The position numbers were made by a program, and so were the translations under genes. The notes under the pieces are model-generated. The model saw nothing but the letters and a program-made list of their open reading frames with translations. It did no database searches and was not told the origin of the DNA. From Gemmatimonadota bacterium (GTDB taxonomy: Bacteria; Gemmatimonadota; Gemmatimonadetes; Palauibacterales; Palauibacteraceae), in contig JAJCZV010000072.1 in the NCBI GenBank assembly GCA_029262175.1, positions 75,459 through 139,458 on the forward strand: 64,000 nucleotides of DNA, written 5' to 3'. This document shows, piece after piece, positions 1 to 9,110 of the stretch; within the stretch, counting starts at the first letter, position 1, and every line of letters begins with the position of its first letter.

Positions 1-735
1 CATCACCATCCCTCCATCCACCACGATGACCTGGCCCGTCACATAAGACCCGGCCGGGCCGACCAAAAATCGCACGACCCGCGCGATATCGGCCGGAGAT
101 CCCATGCGTCCCAACGGTATGCGCGCAAGGAGTTCCTCACGTACCTCACTGCCAAGCTGGCTCGTCATCTCCGTGTCAATGAAGCCCGGCGCGACCGCGT
201 TCGCTCTCACGCCCCGGGCAGCCAATTCCTGCGCCACGCTCTTGGTGAGCGCGATCAGGCCGGCTTTTGACGCCGCATAGTTGGACTGGCCCCGGTTTCC
301 CGTCAAGCCCACGATGCTGGACACATTTACGATCTTTCCGGAGCGTCGTTTCATCATTCCACGAGCCACCGCCCGCATCAGATAGAACGAGCCCGAAAGG
401 TTGGTGTCGAGGACGTCCTGCCACTCCTCGTCCTTCATCCGCAGAAGGATGTTGTCCCGCGTGATTCCGGCATTGTTGACCAGGATCTCCGGCGGGCCAA
501 TTCCCTCTTCTATCGCCTCGAACAGGGCGCGGCAGGCGTCGGCGTCGGCGACGTTCGCACCGAATCCCGCGTGTCCGGATCCGGGGAGTTCGCCGGCGAC
601 TGCGCTGGCTCGATCCGCGGTAGTACCGACCACCGCCACCCTGGCTCCTGCCTGCGCCAGCTCTTCGGCAATCGCCCTTCCAATGCCGCGCGTGCCCCCG
701 GTGACAATCGCGACGTCGTCGCTCAGCTCCCTCAT
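1..735 (-). CDS. fabG: 3-oxoacyl-ACP reductase FabG (stop lies beyond the window start)
   Basis: Manual translation from ATG 735: MRELSDDVAIVTGGTRGIG...VNNAGITRD...NYAASKAG...YVTGQVIVVDGGMVM; ATGA overlap with the fabD stop. Confidence 0.95.
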   Translation of the reverse strand, partial: MRELSDDVAIVTGGTRGIGRAIAEELAQAGARVAVVGTTADRASAVAGELPGSGHAGFGANVADADACRALFEAIEEGIGPPEILVNNAGITRDNILLRMKDEEWQDVLDTNLSGSFYLMRAVARGMMKRRSGKIVNVSSIVGLTGNRGQSNYAASKAGLIALTKSVAQELAARGVRANAVAPGFIDTEMTSQLGSEVREELLARIPLGRMGSPADIARVVRFLVGPAGSYVTGQVIVVDGGMVM

Positions 736-1691
736 CGTTCTCCCCCGGGCTTGCCCGCTTGCGTCAGACTCCGATTGGTGAACGCGTCTACCGACTCGGC
801 CGTCCCGACCGCGGTTGCAGTGAGAGCGCGGTCGACTCTTCTCAAGAGTCCCGACAGTACTCTTTCGGGCCCGACCTCGATCCATTCCGTCGGCTCGAAT
901 CCACGCATCGTTCCCACGCACTCCACCCAGCGAACCGGCGACGTCACCTGAGAAACGAGGGTCTCGAGCGCGGCCCCTGCGCCGGTCACCGACTCGGCCG
1001 TGGAATTCGCGACCACCGGCACCTTTGGATCCGAAAGAGTCGTCGCTTCGAGAACCTCGCGTAGACCGGTCGCCGCGCTCTGCATCAGGGGCGAATGGAA
1101 CGCCCCGCTCACATTCAAGGGGAGGACCCGTCGGGCGCCGCGCTCGGAGGCGTACTCTGAGGCCCGTGCAACGGCGCCGGCATCACCGCTGATGACGATT
1201 TGGCTGTCGGCGTTCAAGTTGGCGGGGACCACGACGCCGTTGTCGACTTCGCTACAGATGGCAGTCACGTCGACAAGAGTCATCCCCAGGATCGCCGCCA
1301 TGGACCCGGGTCGTTGCTTGCCGGCCATCGCCATCAGTTCGCCCCGGCGACGCACAATGGTCAGCGCGTCTTCGAACGAGAAGGTCCCGGCGATCAAATG
1401 CGCCGTCAGTTCCCCGAGCGAGTGACCCGCGGCAACCGCGACTTCGCCGACCGCTTCGGAGATCAGCGACCACACGGCGTAACTGTGCACCAAGATGGCC
1501 GGTTGAGCGTTCTGAGTCGCCGTCAATTCATCTTCGGGGCCCTCCCAGCTGAGCTGACTGATTTTGGCCCCCACCGTTTCATCCGCCCGTTCGTACATCT
1601 CCCGAACGGACGGGAAAGCCTCGGCCAGATCACGCCCCATGCCAACGAAATGCGAACCTTGACCCGGAAGAAGCAGTGCCGCGCCGTTCAT
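732..1691 (-). CDS. fabD: Malonyl-CoA:ACP transacylase FabD
   Basis: PGQGS, GHSLGE and GAFHS motifs; start MNGAALL at ATG 1691 overlaps the plsX stop and follows GGAGG. Confidence 0.95.
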   Translation of the reverse strand: MNGAALLLPGQGSHFVGMGRDLAEAFPSVREMYERADETVGAKISQLSWEGPEDELTATQNAQPAILVHSYAVWSLISEAVGEVAVAAGHSLGELTAHLIAGTFSFEDALTIVRRRGELMAMAGKQRPGSMAAILGMTLVDVTAICSEVDNGVVVPANLNADSQIVISGDAGAVARASEYASERGARRVLPLNVSGAFHSPLMQSAATGLREVLEATTLSDPKVPVVANSTAESVTGAGAALETLVSQVTSPVRWVECVGTMRGFEPTEWIEVGPERVLSGLLRRVDRALTATAVGTAESVDAFTNRSLTQAGKPGGER

Positions 1692-2680
1692 ACCTCCACC
1701 TCCGGCGTTGAAGAAACCATCGCCTGCAAGGCCGCGCTCATATCGCCAACGGCATTCGAAGACACGGTGTCGATCGCGGTCCGAATCGCATTCTTTATCG
1801 CGCGAGCCGGTGAGGCTCCGTGACAAATGATCGTCACCCCATCGACACCAAGAAGGGGTGCGCCGCCATATTCCGTGTAATCGAGAAACTTGAGTACGGC
1901 GTTCAGGTCGTGGGCCGAATCGAGGCCGGCGTCTTGGAACACGCCCATGATGAAGCCGGAGATGGACTCGTAGAACTTGAGCAGCACGTTTCCGACGAAG
2001 CCTCCGCACACGATCACATCGCAATCGCCAGTGATGATTTGGTGCCCTTCGATGTTTCCGATGAATTCGAGATCTGGGTCACCCGACAACAATCCGTAGG
2101 CAGCCACCGAGACGTCTCCGCCCTTCTCCTCTTCCTCGCCCACGTTCAGCAGAGCAACCCTGGGCCGCGCCGTGGAAAACCGGTTTCGCAGATAGATCGA
2201 CCCGAGGTGGGCAAACTGATGTAGTTGATGAGGGCGAACGTGGATGTTGGCGCCAACGTCCAGCACGAGGACTCGTCCCATCGCCGTCGGAAAGAGCGCA
2301 GCCACCGGCGGTCGATCTACCCCCGGAAGCACGCCGAGCGTTAGCACCGACCCAACCAACATCGCGCCCGTGGACCCGGCCGAAATAAATGCATCGGCCT
2401 CTCCGTCGCGCACGGCTTGCAGGCCTCGGACGATCGAGCTCTGCGGCTTTCGGCGGACCGCCAAAGCGGGGGGCTCGTCGGCGTCGATCCGGTCGGGCGC
2501 CACGATCCAGGACACCCCACTGTGGTCAAACTCCGACAGCGTTCGCTGGGCCATTTCCTCGGGTCCGACGAGAAGGATGGAAACCTCGTCGGCCCAGGCG
2601 TCGAGCGCCGCTCGAGCTCCCGCGATCGGGGTCTCGGGCGCTGTGTCGCCCCCCTGCACGTCGAGGGCTACTCGGATCAT
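1688..2680 (-). CDS. plsX: Phosphate acyltransferase PlsX
   Basis: VALDVQGGD, SAGSTGA, LDVGAN, YGGAPLLG and ICHG motifs; next to rpmF. Confidence 0.95.
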   Translation of the reverse strand: MIRVALDVQGGDTAPETPIAGARAALDAWADEVSILLVGPEEMAQRTLSEFDHSGVSWIVAPDRIDADEPPALAVRRKPQSSIVRGLQAVRDGEADAFISAGSTGAMLVGSVLTLGVLPGVDRPPVAALFPTAMGRVLVLDVGANIHVRPHQLHQFAHLGSIYLRNRFSTARPRVALLNVGEEEEKGGDVSVAAYGLLSGDPDLEFIGNIEGHQIITGDCDVIVCGGFVGNVLLKFYESISGFIMGVFQDAGLDSAHDLNAVLKFLDYTEYGGAPLLGVDGVTIICHGASPARAIKNAIRTAIDTVSSNAVGDMSAALQAMVSSTPEVEV

Positions 2681-2778
2681 GAGTGGATCAGATATTCAGA
2701 GTCGGGCGGTGCGGTCCGCGGGCCTGGACGGCGCGCGAAGTGGCCTCGCTCACCCACACCGCGTGAGGGGCGGGATGC

Positions 2779-2961
2779 TCAAAACTCGTCGATCTGAACG
2801 ACCTCGCGATCCGCGTAGTGACCGCAGGAAGGACAAACCCGGTGAGGACGCTTTGGATCTCCACATTTGGGACAGGCCTGCGGGGCCGTAGCGTCGGCCT
2901 TGTAATGGGTGCGACGCTTCCGCTTTCGCTGTTTCGAAGCACGTCTCTTGGGGACAGCCAT
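2779..2961 (-). CDS. rpmF: 50S ribosomal protein L32 (Zn-ribbon type)
   Basis: MAVPKRRASKQRKRKRR...CPKCG...HRVCPSCG. Confidence 0.97.
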   Translation of the reverse strand: MAVPKRRASKQRKRKRRTHYKADATAPQACPKCGDPKRPHRVCPSCGHYADREVVQIDEF

Positions 2962-3128
2962 ATCTACACTCTTGCTAAAAGTCGGTTATCCCGCGCGTTG
3001 ACGCGCGGGTCGTCGGGCGCGTTCACGCGCAGAAGCTCAACGAGAAACGGGGCTTCCGGACCTCGGGGAACGGGGCAAATGGCGCTTTTATGTCCGGATT
3101 GTCAACCTCTGGCCCCTGCCACGCCCGG

Positions 3129-3641
3129 TTACTCCGGCTCTCGCTGACGTAGTGCCGCCCAGCGAGGATCCGGCTCCGGCGGCGGACAGCTGCAGGCCTC
3201 GTCTTGGAGCCGCGCCCCGCACCGCGAACACAAGCCTAGACACGCCGGCTCGCACTCCACAAACTCCGGCGTTGCTATCCAAAACTCCTCTCGCAGCGCC
3301 TCCGTCAAATCGACCTCATTCGCCCTGAGTTCCAGGGGCCAGACTCCCTCGTCACCTGGAGCCACATCCGAAGGCGGGCGGTACCAGAACCGGAAATCGA
3401 ACGTCAGCGGACGAGTCCGCGGCCTCAGACAACGACGGCACTCCAGCTCGAGTTCGGTGCGCGCGGCGCCTTCAGCCCGGACCCCTCCCGCCGCATCGCT
3501 TCGCACCACGACGTCCACATCGATAGGACCGACCCCGGCCGGCAGCTCTCCGAACTGGGACGATGTATCCTCGATCCTCACTGATCGAGAAATCGGGCCC
3601 CGTCCGAGTCGGGACAACGGGATCGTCAGGAGATCGCTCAC
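3129..3641 (-). CDS. yceD: DUF177/YceD family protein
   Basis: CRRCL, C...CLGLCSRCG...CSC...DPRWAAL; conserved position upstream of rpmF. Confidence 0.9.
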   Translation of the reverse strand: MSDLLTIPLSRLGRGPISRSVRIEDTSSQFGELPAGVGPIDVDVVVRSDAAGGVRAEGAARTELELECRRCLRPRTRPLTFDFRFWYRPPSDVAPGDEGVWPLELRANEVDLTEALREEFWIATPEFVECEPACLGLCSRCGARLQDEACSCPPPEPDPRWAALRQREPE

Positions 3642-3691
3642 GGGTGCACTCGGTGGCGGAAGTTCGGGCCTGGGCGCTCGACGGCTGAGTG

Positions 3692-4129
3692 CTAGCGCGC
3701 CCCAATCAGATCGACGTGTCCGAAGAAAAAGCCCAGCTCCTGCCGGGCGTTGTCATCCGAATCCGAGGCGTGGATCGCGTTCCGTTCTTTGCTCTCCGCA
3801 AATAAAGCGCGCACGGTCCCCGGCTTCGCCTCGGCGGGGTCGGTTGCCCCGATCACGTCCCTCAGGTGCGGAACGGCCCGCTCGTGTTCCAGGGCGAGGG
3901 GCATGCATGGACCCGAGGTCATGAACTCGACCAAAGAGTCGAAAAACGGGCGTTCGCTGTGGACGGCATAGAATGCCTGGGCCGCACGGTCGTCGAGTCG
4001 AACGACTCTCGATCCACGAACCTTGAACCCCGCCTCCTCCAAGACACCGAGCACGCCACCGATTTTCCCCGAACCGAACGCATCCGGTTTGATAATCGCC
4101 AGCGTCAGATTTTGTGTGTGTCCACTCAT
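3692..4129 (-). CDS. ndk: Nucleoside diphosphate kinase
   Basis: TLAIIKPDA, FYAVH, GATDP and NAIHASDS motifs. Confidence 0.97.
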   Translation of the reverse strand: MSGHTQNLTLAIIKPDAFGSGKIGGVLGVLEEAGFKVRGSRVVRLDDRAAQAFYAVHSERPFFDSLVEFMTSGPCMPLALEHERAVPHLRDVIGATDPAEAKPGTVRALFAESKERNAIHASDSDDNARQELGFFFGHVDLIGAR

Positions 4130-4136
4130 CTATGTC

Positions 4137-4577
4137 CTAGCCTTCCTCTCTACGTAGTAAGCTCCGAATAATGTCGCCGCGGGTCAGGAACCCGACGAGC
4201 TGTCCTTCGCGAACGACTGGAAGCCGTTCGATTTCCTTATCGAGCATCAGTCGAATCACATCTACCAAGGGTTGATCTTCGTTGACGCACATGACCGTGC
4301 GTTCCATCACGTCGCGAACCGCGCCTTCTCCCATTAGCGGCCCCACATCTGACGCGACATCACCCATTTGATCGAGCACCGGAAGGAAATGCGTCATGAC
4401 CTGTCGGTCGGTGATCAAACCGAGCACATATCCGTCCTCTCCGACCACGGGAACCGCACGGAGTCGTTTGCTCACGAGCGTGTTCGCTAAGTCGCTCAGT
4501 GACATCTCCGGACTCGCCGTCACGACGTCTCGGGTCATGACCTCTTCAACCACCGTCGGAGTCCTTTTGGAAGTCAT
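4137..4577 (-). CDS. Stand-alone CBS-pair (Bateman module) protein
   Basis: Two CBS repeats: VEEVMTRDV...VPVV...GLITDR and VRDVMER...LPVV...VGFLTRGD. Confidence 0.9.
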   Translation of the reverse strand: MTSKRTPTVVEEVMTRDVVTASPEMSLSDLANTLVSKRLRAVPVVGEDGYVLGLITDRQVMTHFLPVLDQMGDVASDVGPLMGEGAVRDVMERTVMCVNEDQPLVDVIRLMLDKEIERLPVVREGQLVGFLTRGDIIRSLLRREEG

Positions 4578-4584
4578 CGGTGAC

Positions 4585-5454
4585 TCACGATCGCTCGAGA
4601 ATCAAATCGACGATATCGGCGGGTCGTTTCGCCACGCCGATGCCGTGATCCTCGAACGCCTTCATCTTCTCCGCCGCAGTGCCCTCGGATCCGGAGATGA
4701 TGGCGCCTGCGTGACCCATGCGCCGCCCGGGCGGGGCCGTCTGGCCAGCGATGAAACCGACGACGGGTTTACTCATGTGTTTCGCTACGTAGTCAGCGGC
4801 CGTTTGCTCATCCGTCCCGCCGATCTCTCCCAGCATGGCCACCGCCGTGGTATGCGGATCCTCCTCAAAGGCGGCCAAGCAATCGACGAAGTTGGTCCCG
4901 ATCAATGGGTCGCCTCCGATACCCACACACGCGGACTGGCCAATCCCCGCTCGGGTGAGTTGAAAAATCACCTCGTACGTAAGCGTGCCGGATCGGCTGA
5001 CCACGCCAACGGAGCCCTCCCGCACGATTTGCCCAGGGAGAATCCCGACCTTGCAACAGCCGGGAACGATCAACCCCGGACAGTTGGGGCCGATGAGCCG
5101 GGCGCCCTTCTCTCTTACGTACGGGAGCACACGGAGCATGTCACCCACGGGCACACCTTCCGTAATGCAAACGATGAGGGAGACTCCCGCGTCCGCCGCT
5201 TCGAATATGGCATCTGCCGCGAATCGGGCGGGGACGTAGATGACGCTGGTGTTGGCCCCGGCTTCAGACACCGCGTCGGCTACCGTGTTGAAAATCGGCA
5301 CAGCGTCACTGAACGTTTGGCCACCCTTGCCGGGCGTGACCCCGGCGACCACCTGGGTGCCGTAGTCCATCATCTGCTGCGCATGGAAGGACCCGTCGCG
5401 CCCCGTGATACCTTGGACGACGAGCTTCGTGTTCTCTCCGATGAAGATCCCCAT
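4585..5454 (-). CDS. sucD: Succinyl-CoA ligase alpha subunit
   Basis: [21 protein letters not shown] and RMGHAGA (phospho-His) motifs. Confidence 0.97.
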   Translation of the reverse strand: MGIFIGENTKLVVQGITGRDGSFHAQQMMDYGTQVVAGVTPGKGGQTFSDAVPIFNTVADAVSEAGANTSVIYVPARFAADAIFEAADAGVSLIVCITEGVPVGDMLRVLPYVREKGARLIGPNCPGLIVPGCCKVGILPGQIVREGSVGVVSRSGTLTYEVIFQLTRAGIGQSACVGIGGDPLIGTNFVDCLAAFEEDPHTTAVAMLGEIGGTDEQTAADYVAKHMSKPVVGFIAGQTAPPGRRMGHAGAIISGSEGTAAEKMKAFEDHGIGVAKRPADIVDLILERS

Positions 5455-6584
5455 TATTGACCTCGCTCCACGGCGGTCTTCACCGCTTCGTCCATATCGA
5501 CCATCGCCTCGAATCCATTGTCGGCCAGAATCTTCACGCCCAGTTCCTCGTTCGTACCGGTGAGCCTGATCGTGATTGGCACCTGTAAATCGATCCGACT
5601 TGTCGCCTCTACGATTCCGTTGGCGACATCATCGCATCGCGTGATGCCTCCAAAAATGTTGAAGAGGATGGACTTGACGTTTGGGTCCTCGCTAATCAGC
5701 TGCAGCGCGGCAACGACTTTGTCGGGATTGGAGGAGCCGCCGATGTCGAGAAAGTTTGCAGGGTCGCCACCGTAGTACTTTACGAGATCCATCGTCGCCA
5801 TGGCGAGTCCGGCGCCGTTCACGCAACAACCCACGTTCCCGTCCAACTGGATGTAGGTCAGTTCGGCTTCGCGCGCGCGCACCTCAGCGGGGTTCTCGGA
5901 CTCCACATCGCGGAACGCCTCGATCTCCGGCATGCGGAAAAGAGCGTTGTCGTCGATGTTCATCTTGGCATCGATCGCCTTAACCTCGCCGTCGCTCGTC
6001 ACGATCATCGGGTTGATCTCAGCCAGCGTCGCGCCGGATGCGCGATAGGCCTGATAAAGCTTTACGATGATCGAACTCACCTGACGGGCGGCTTTCGGGT
6101 CGTCGTACAGAAAATGCCCCAGACCAGCGGCTTGGTGATTCAGCAGTCCATAGCGCGGGTCGACCGCCAGCTTTCGTATCGCATCAGGCATGGTGGCCGC
6201 GACTTCTTCGATATCCACGCCTCCCTCGGCTGAGACCATGATGGTGTCGGCCTGTTTGGCTCGGTCCATCACGATCCCGACATAGGCCTCTGACGCGATG
6301 TCTTCAGTGGGCGCGACCAGGACCGCGCGCACCGTGATGCCCTTGATGTCCATCCCAAGGATTTCGCCTGCCTTCTCGCGGGCTTCGTCGGATGTCTTGG
6401 CCAGCTTCACTCCCCCGGCCTTCCCTCTACCGCCAGCGTGCACCTGCGCCTTCACGACGACCGAACCGCCGAGGCGTTCCGCTGCGGCCGCCGCCTCGTC
6501 GGGTGTCCGCGCCACTTCTCCTGCTGGCACGGGGACTCCGTGATCGCTCAGGATCTGCCGTGCTTGATATTCGTGTATGTTCAT
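5454..6584 (-). CDS. sucC: Succinyl-CoA ligase beta subunit
   Basis: [42 protein letters not shown]. Confidence 0.97.
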   Translation of the reverse strand: MNIHEYQARQILSDHGVPVPAGEVARTPDEAAAAAERLGGSVVVKAQVHAGGRGKAGGVKLAKTSDEAREKAGEILGMDIKGITVRAVLVAPTEDIASEAYVGIVMDRAKQADTIMVSAEGGVDIEEVAATMPDAIRKLAVDPRYGLLNHQAAGLGHFLYDDPKAARQVSSIIVKLYQAYRASGATLAEINPMIVTSDGEVKAIDAKMNIDDNALFRMPEIEAFRDVESENPAEVRAREAELTYIQLDGNVGCCVNGAGLAMATMDLVKYYGGDPANFLDIGGSSNPDKVVAALQLISEDPNVKSILFNIFGGITRCDDVANGIVEATSRIDLQVPITIRLTGTNEELGVKILADNGFEAMVDMDEAVKTAVERGQ

Positions 6585-6624
6585 GAAATCCCTTCTTACC
6601 GGTTCATTTCATTCCACTCGATCG

Positions 6625-6732
6625 GCCACGCCGACTCCGTCCGCCACGCCGACTCCGTCCGCGACGACGAAGCCGTCCGCAACGACGAAGACGACCCCGA
6701 CGACCAAGCGGTGCGCGACGACTCAGCCGTCC
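6625..6732. repeat. Degenerate 18-bp tandem repeat (about 6 units) overlapping the arcC stop
   Basis: Units gccacgccgactccgtcc x2 (exact), gcgacgacgaagccgtcc, gcaacgacgaagacgacc, ccgacgaccaagcggtgc, gcgacgactcagccgtcc. Confidence 0.8.
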
Positions 6733-7676
6733 TTGACGACCGTGGTGCCGCTATCGCCCAACATCGCTTGTTCCGCATCTTCGAGCGCAGCGATAATCGC
6801 CCGCTCGCCACCTTCCTCTACAAACTGAACCGCGGCGCGAAGCTTTGGACGCATCGAACCCATCGCGGCCCCGCCCGTGTCCAAGAAATCCCTCGCCTCC
6901 GAGGTCGTCAACTCGCGAAGCGGTCTGGCATCGGGCCCTCCCCAATCGGCGTAGACCGCATCTACATCGGTGAGAATCAGCAAGACGGACGCTCCAATTT
7001 CGCGGCCCAGAAGCGCGGCAGCCAGGTCTTTGTCGATGACTACGTCCACGCCTTCGAGGTTCTTGTCCGAATCGACGTAGACGGGGGTTCCACCACCGCC
7101 GGCCGCGACAACGATGACCTCGGCCTCGACCAGCCTTCTCACCAACGGGGCCTCGACAAGCCGAATCGGCGCCGGGCTCGCCACGCGACGCCGTAGGGTG
7201 CCACGATCATCTTCCTCGACCACCAAGCCTTTGGCGTTCAACTCGGCTGCGAGCGCGGGCGATACTGCTCGCCCTATGAATTTCCTCGGCTCCATCCCCG
7301 ATGGATCGTTCCGATCGATGACCGCCTGGGTCACGAGCGTCGCGACCAATCGTTCCACCCCTGCCCTTGCGAGCGCGTTTTGAAGCGACTGCTGCATCAT
7401 GTATCCGATCCAGCCAGCGGTCGCAGCCACGAGCACCCCGAGCGGGAGCTCGGAGACCTCAGCACGCGATCGTTCGTTGCGAAGCAAGGCGTCCCCGACC
7501 TGGGGCCCGTTACCATGCACCACCGCCACCTTCCAACCGTGGCGCACAAAGTCGACGATCGGCCTCAGACTCTCGCGTGTATGTCTGAATTGGTTCTCGA
7601 TCGTCGCAGGCTCACCGCTCGGTGAGAGGGCGTTCCCACCAACCGCAACGACGGCGGTCTTGGTGTGTCTCGACAT
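6723..7676 (-). CDS. arcC: Carbamate kinase
   Basis: AVGGNAL, HGNGPQVG, RRRVASPAP, GGGGTPV, VIDKD and GSMRPK motifs. Confidence 0.93.
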   Translation of the reverse strand: MSRHTKTAVVAVGGNALSPSGEPATIENQFRHTRESLRPIVDFVRHGWKVAVVHGNGPQVGDALLRNERSRAEVSELPLGVLVAATAGWIGYMMQQSLQNALARAGVERLVATLVTQAVIDRNDPSGMEPRKFIGRAVSPALAAELNAKGLVVEEDDRGTLRRRVASPAPIRLVEAPLVRRLVEAEVIVVAAGGGGTPVYVDSDKNLEGVDVVIDKDLAAALLGREIGASVLLILTDVDAVYADWGGPDARPLRELTTSEARDFLDTGGAAMGSMRPKLRAAVQFVEEGGERAIIAALEDAEQAMLGDSGTTVVKDG

Positions 7677-7686
7677 GGAGGTGGGG

Positions 7687-9054
7687 TCAGACTTCAGGGA
7701 GCACGACGTCGTGCCCGGCCAAGTACTCGCGGACCTCGCCGGCGATCTCCTGCATCCGTTCCGACGTATCGGCTTCGATCCGAGCCACGATCACGGGTTG
7801 CGTGTTGCTCGCCCGGATCAGGGCCCAGCCACCATCGAACAAGACCCTGGCGCCGTCGATGTCGATGACGTCGTACCGCGCCTTGTAGTAGTCCACCGCC
7901 TCGGCCACCACCGCGAACTTGCGTTCCTCTGAGCAGTCCAGCCTGAGCTCAGGGGTCGAAGGGTAGCTGGGAATCTCGGCCGCCAGCTCCGATAGCGAGC
8001 GCCCGGACCGAGCCACGAGGCCAGCGAGACGAGCGGCCGCGTAAATCGCATCGTCTGTCCCGAAGAACCTGTCAGCAAAGCAGATATGACCGCTCATCTC
8101 ACCCGCTATGGGAGATCCGGAACTCCGCATCCGCTCCTTGATGAGGGAATGGCCGGTCTTCCACATCACCGGGACGCCGCCGTCGGCCGTGATCACTTCT
8201 GGCAACGCCTTCGAGCATTTGACGTCGAAGATCACCTCGGAGCCCGGGAGTTCCTTCAGGATCTCGCGCGCGAACAACAGCAGCAGGTGATCTCCACGAA
8301 CAATGGTCCCGGTCTCGGTCACGGCTCCGATTCGATCGGCGTCCCCGTCCAGACCCACCCCCAGGTCGGCGCCGGTCTCTTTGACCCGACGGATCAAGTC
8401 TTGGACGTTCTCGTCCACCGTCGGATCCGGATGATGGTTGGGAAACGTCCCGTCCGACTCGCAGTAGAGTCCCTCGACTTGGACCCCGGCGGCCGTCAAC
8501 GCTTCGACCCCGATGACGCTGCCAACGCCGTTCCCGCAGTCCAGGACCATGCGCACGTCCCCGTCGACCCGCCCGCGGGCCACGATCTCCTCCACGTATC
8601 GATCCAGGATCTCCGCATCCTGGCTCCGACCGGTTCCACTGGAGAAATCCTCCGACTCGATGCGTTGTCGGAGCGCTTGAATGGCGTCGCCGTAGATGGC
8701 CGCGTTGTCACGGACCATCTTGATGCCGTTGTACTCTGGCGGGTTATGGGATCCCGTGATTTGGATCCCGGCATCCGCCTCGAACTCGATCGCGGCAAAA
8801 TAGAGCGTCGGGGTCGGGACCGTGCCGACGAACAGGGTATCCACGCCGGCTGCGTTGAGGCCGCGACACATCGCCGCGCCAAGGGTGGGAGACGACGGAC
8901 GGTTGTCATGGCCGACGACCACCCGCGGATTGTCGCGGTCGGCCAGCTCGGTCCCGAAGGCACGGCCCACGAGTTCCGTGATCTCCTCGGTAAGGTCGTC
9001 GCCAACGATGCCCCGGATGTCATACTCGCGGAAGATGCCGCCATGAATCTGCAT
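7687..9054 (-). CDS. algC: Phosphomannomutase/phosphoglucomutase (AlgC-like)
   Basis: FREYDIRG, ITGSHNP, DGDADR, GEMSGH, RASNT; start MQIHGG at ATG 9054 after AAGAGG. Confidence 0.9.
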   Translation of the reverse strand: MQIHGGIFREYDIRGIVGDDLTEEITELVGRAFGTELADRDNPRVVVGHDNRPSSPTLGAAMCRGLNAAGVDTLFVGTVPTPTLYFAAIEFEADAGIQITGSHNPPEYNGIKMVRDNAAIYGDAIQALRQRIESEDFSSGTGRSQDAEILDRYVEEIVARGRVDGDVRMVLDCGNGVGSVIGVEALTAAGVQVEGLYCESDGTFPNHHPDPTVDENVQDLIRRVKETGADLGVGLDGDADRIGAVTETGTIVRGDHLLLLFAREILKELPGSEVIFDVKCSKALPEVITADGGVPVMWKTGHSLIKERMRSSGSPIAGEMSGHICFADRFFGTDDAIYAAARLAGLVARSGRSLSELAAEIPSYPSTPELRLDCSEERKFAVVAEAVDYYKARYDVIDIDGARVLFDGGWALIRASNTQPVIVARIEADTSERMQEIAGEVREYLAGHDVVLPEV

Positions 9055-9110
9055 ACCAGACCTCTTGGAAGGACCGCAGCCGCGCATCGGCCGCCGCGGC
9101 TGCATTTGGG

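Noticed and set aside
6625-6732. Repeat as a CRISPR array
   Set aside because: Units are contiguous 18-mers without spacers, and there are no cas genes
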